A DNA stretch of 64,000 bases from Azolla caroliniana (Eukaryota > Plantae > Polypodiophyta): NCBI GenBank assembly GCA_043228905.1, contig JBHGNT010000008.1, positions 14,694,001-14,758,000 of the forward strand, written 5' to 3'. Under the pieces are notes generated by a model that worked only from the letters and a program-made list of their open reading frames with translations, did no database searches and was not told the DNA's origin. Position numbers and translations under genes: made by a program. How positions within the stretch are numbered: the stretch's first letter is position 1; every line of letters begins with the position of its first letter. Positions 62,920-64,000 of the stretch are shown here, piece after piece.

Positions 62920-64000
62920 CACGACAACGGTGCTGAAGAGAACAGGTCCTTATGCTTTTTTCAAGATCTCCAACCCATCAACAAGGTGACGATCCAAAAT
63001 GCTAGAATCGGTCCAAGTGTAGAGGAAATTGCCAAGGCCTTCGCAGGAAGATCAATCTATTCCATTGGTGATCACTACGCAGGCTATGACCAGTTTCAAT
63101 TGGCGGTCGATAGTAGAGACATAATGACAATGAGGACGTCGATCAGGTTGGTAAGGATATGCACCTTACCCCAAGGTGCGACAAACTCTGTAGCCCACAT
63201 GGTGAATGCCATGAACAAAGTGTTGAAGGATTGTATCCCTGATATCACAGTGCCCTTCATAGATGACATTCCGATCAAAGGATGCTTGGTGGAAGAGAAA
63301 GATGAATAGAAAGATGTAGATGGTTGTCGAAGATTCGTCATCTATCATATAAAGGATAGCGAGAAGGTGTTGCAAAAGCTTTAGGATGCAAATCTCACGT
63401 TTTCGGGAGAGAAGTCTGCATTCGGTCATCCAGAAATATTGATAGTAGGACACTAATGTGGATCTTATGGCCGAAATCCATCTCCATCCAAGGTGAACAC
63501 TATTCAAGAGATGAAAGAAATTGTGAGTCCCAAATAGAGGTACGAAGATTCTTAGGAGCATGTGCATTCTATCACATATGGATTCCTCACTATGCCCATG
63601 TCGCTGAACCAATGTATGGAGTACTAAAGAAAATGAAGACGTTCGAATGGGAAGATGAGTATACCTACGTGGTTCAAATGTTAAAGAAACTATTATTGGA
63701 AGCTCCAGCATTGCGCAAAGACGACTTCACCGACGGTACCCCGATATATGATAGTGGATATGAGCCCAACCACAATTGGATGGGTGATAAACGAAGAAGA
63801 CAAAGAAAAAAATCGGTATCCAATCCGATTCGGTGCAAAGATGTTGACCGAAAGACAAAGAAAGTATACCCAAGTAAAGAGAGAGCTATGGTGGATAGTA
63901 TCCGTGGTTAAAATCGATCGTGACTACCTACCGATTGTCTACCTATTCTTCGAATGAAATCCGGTTGTGCTATACCAGATGTTGCTATGCTACAATGGAT
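62920..64000 (+). mobile_element. Gypsy RT-RNase H fragment (same lineage as 28405-35340)
   Basis: QDLQPINKV, GYDQFQL, LPQGATNS, FIDD, VRRFLG, KRELW. Confidence 0.9.

Overview
A gene-free, deeply nested transposon block from a plant genome. TTTAGGG repeats, plant tRNA-Met/Trp/Arg primer sites, short GT-AG introns and the Gypsy lineages suggest a non-seed plant such as a bryophyte (inference). It holds five copies of one CCGG-rich Ty1/Copia family, one of them nearly intact (41512-46826), plus other Copia remnants. There are several Ty3/Gypsy elements: a tRNA-Trp-primed lineage making 4-bp TSDs, a chromovirus remnant, an internally deleted non-autonomous element, and a Tat-like deletion derivative amplified in place into a 5-LTR tandem array with an ATAAT TSD. 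An endonuclease-less Penelope-like retroelement (21029-26598) has pseudo-LTRs, a minimal hammerhead ribozyme, telomeric repeats and a candidate -1 frameshift signal. The most notable item is a ~10-kb TIR DNA transposon (50125-60080; AACACG...CGTGTT ends, GAAG TSD). It pairs a Sola-like DDD transposase with a divergent 6-exon cargo gene encoding a ParB/Srx-like domain and a beta-class N4-cytosine/N6-adenine DNA methyltransferase domain, with a palindrome array in intron 1. Both genes are decayed in this copy. All calls come from manual reading; no searches were run.
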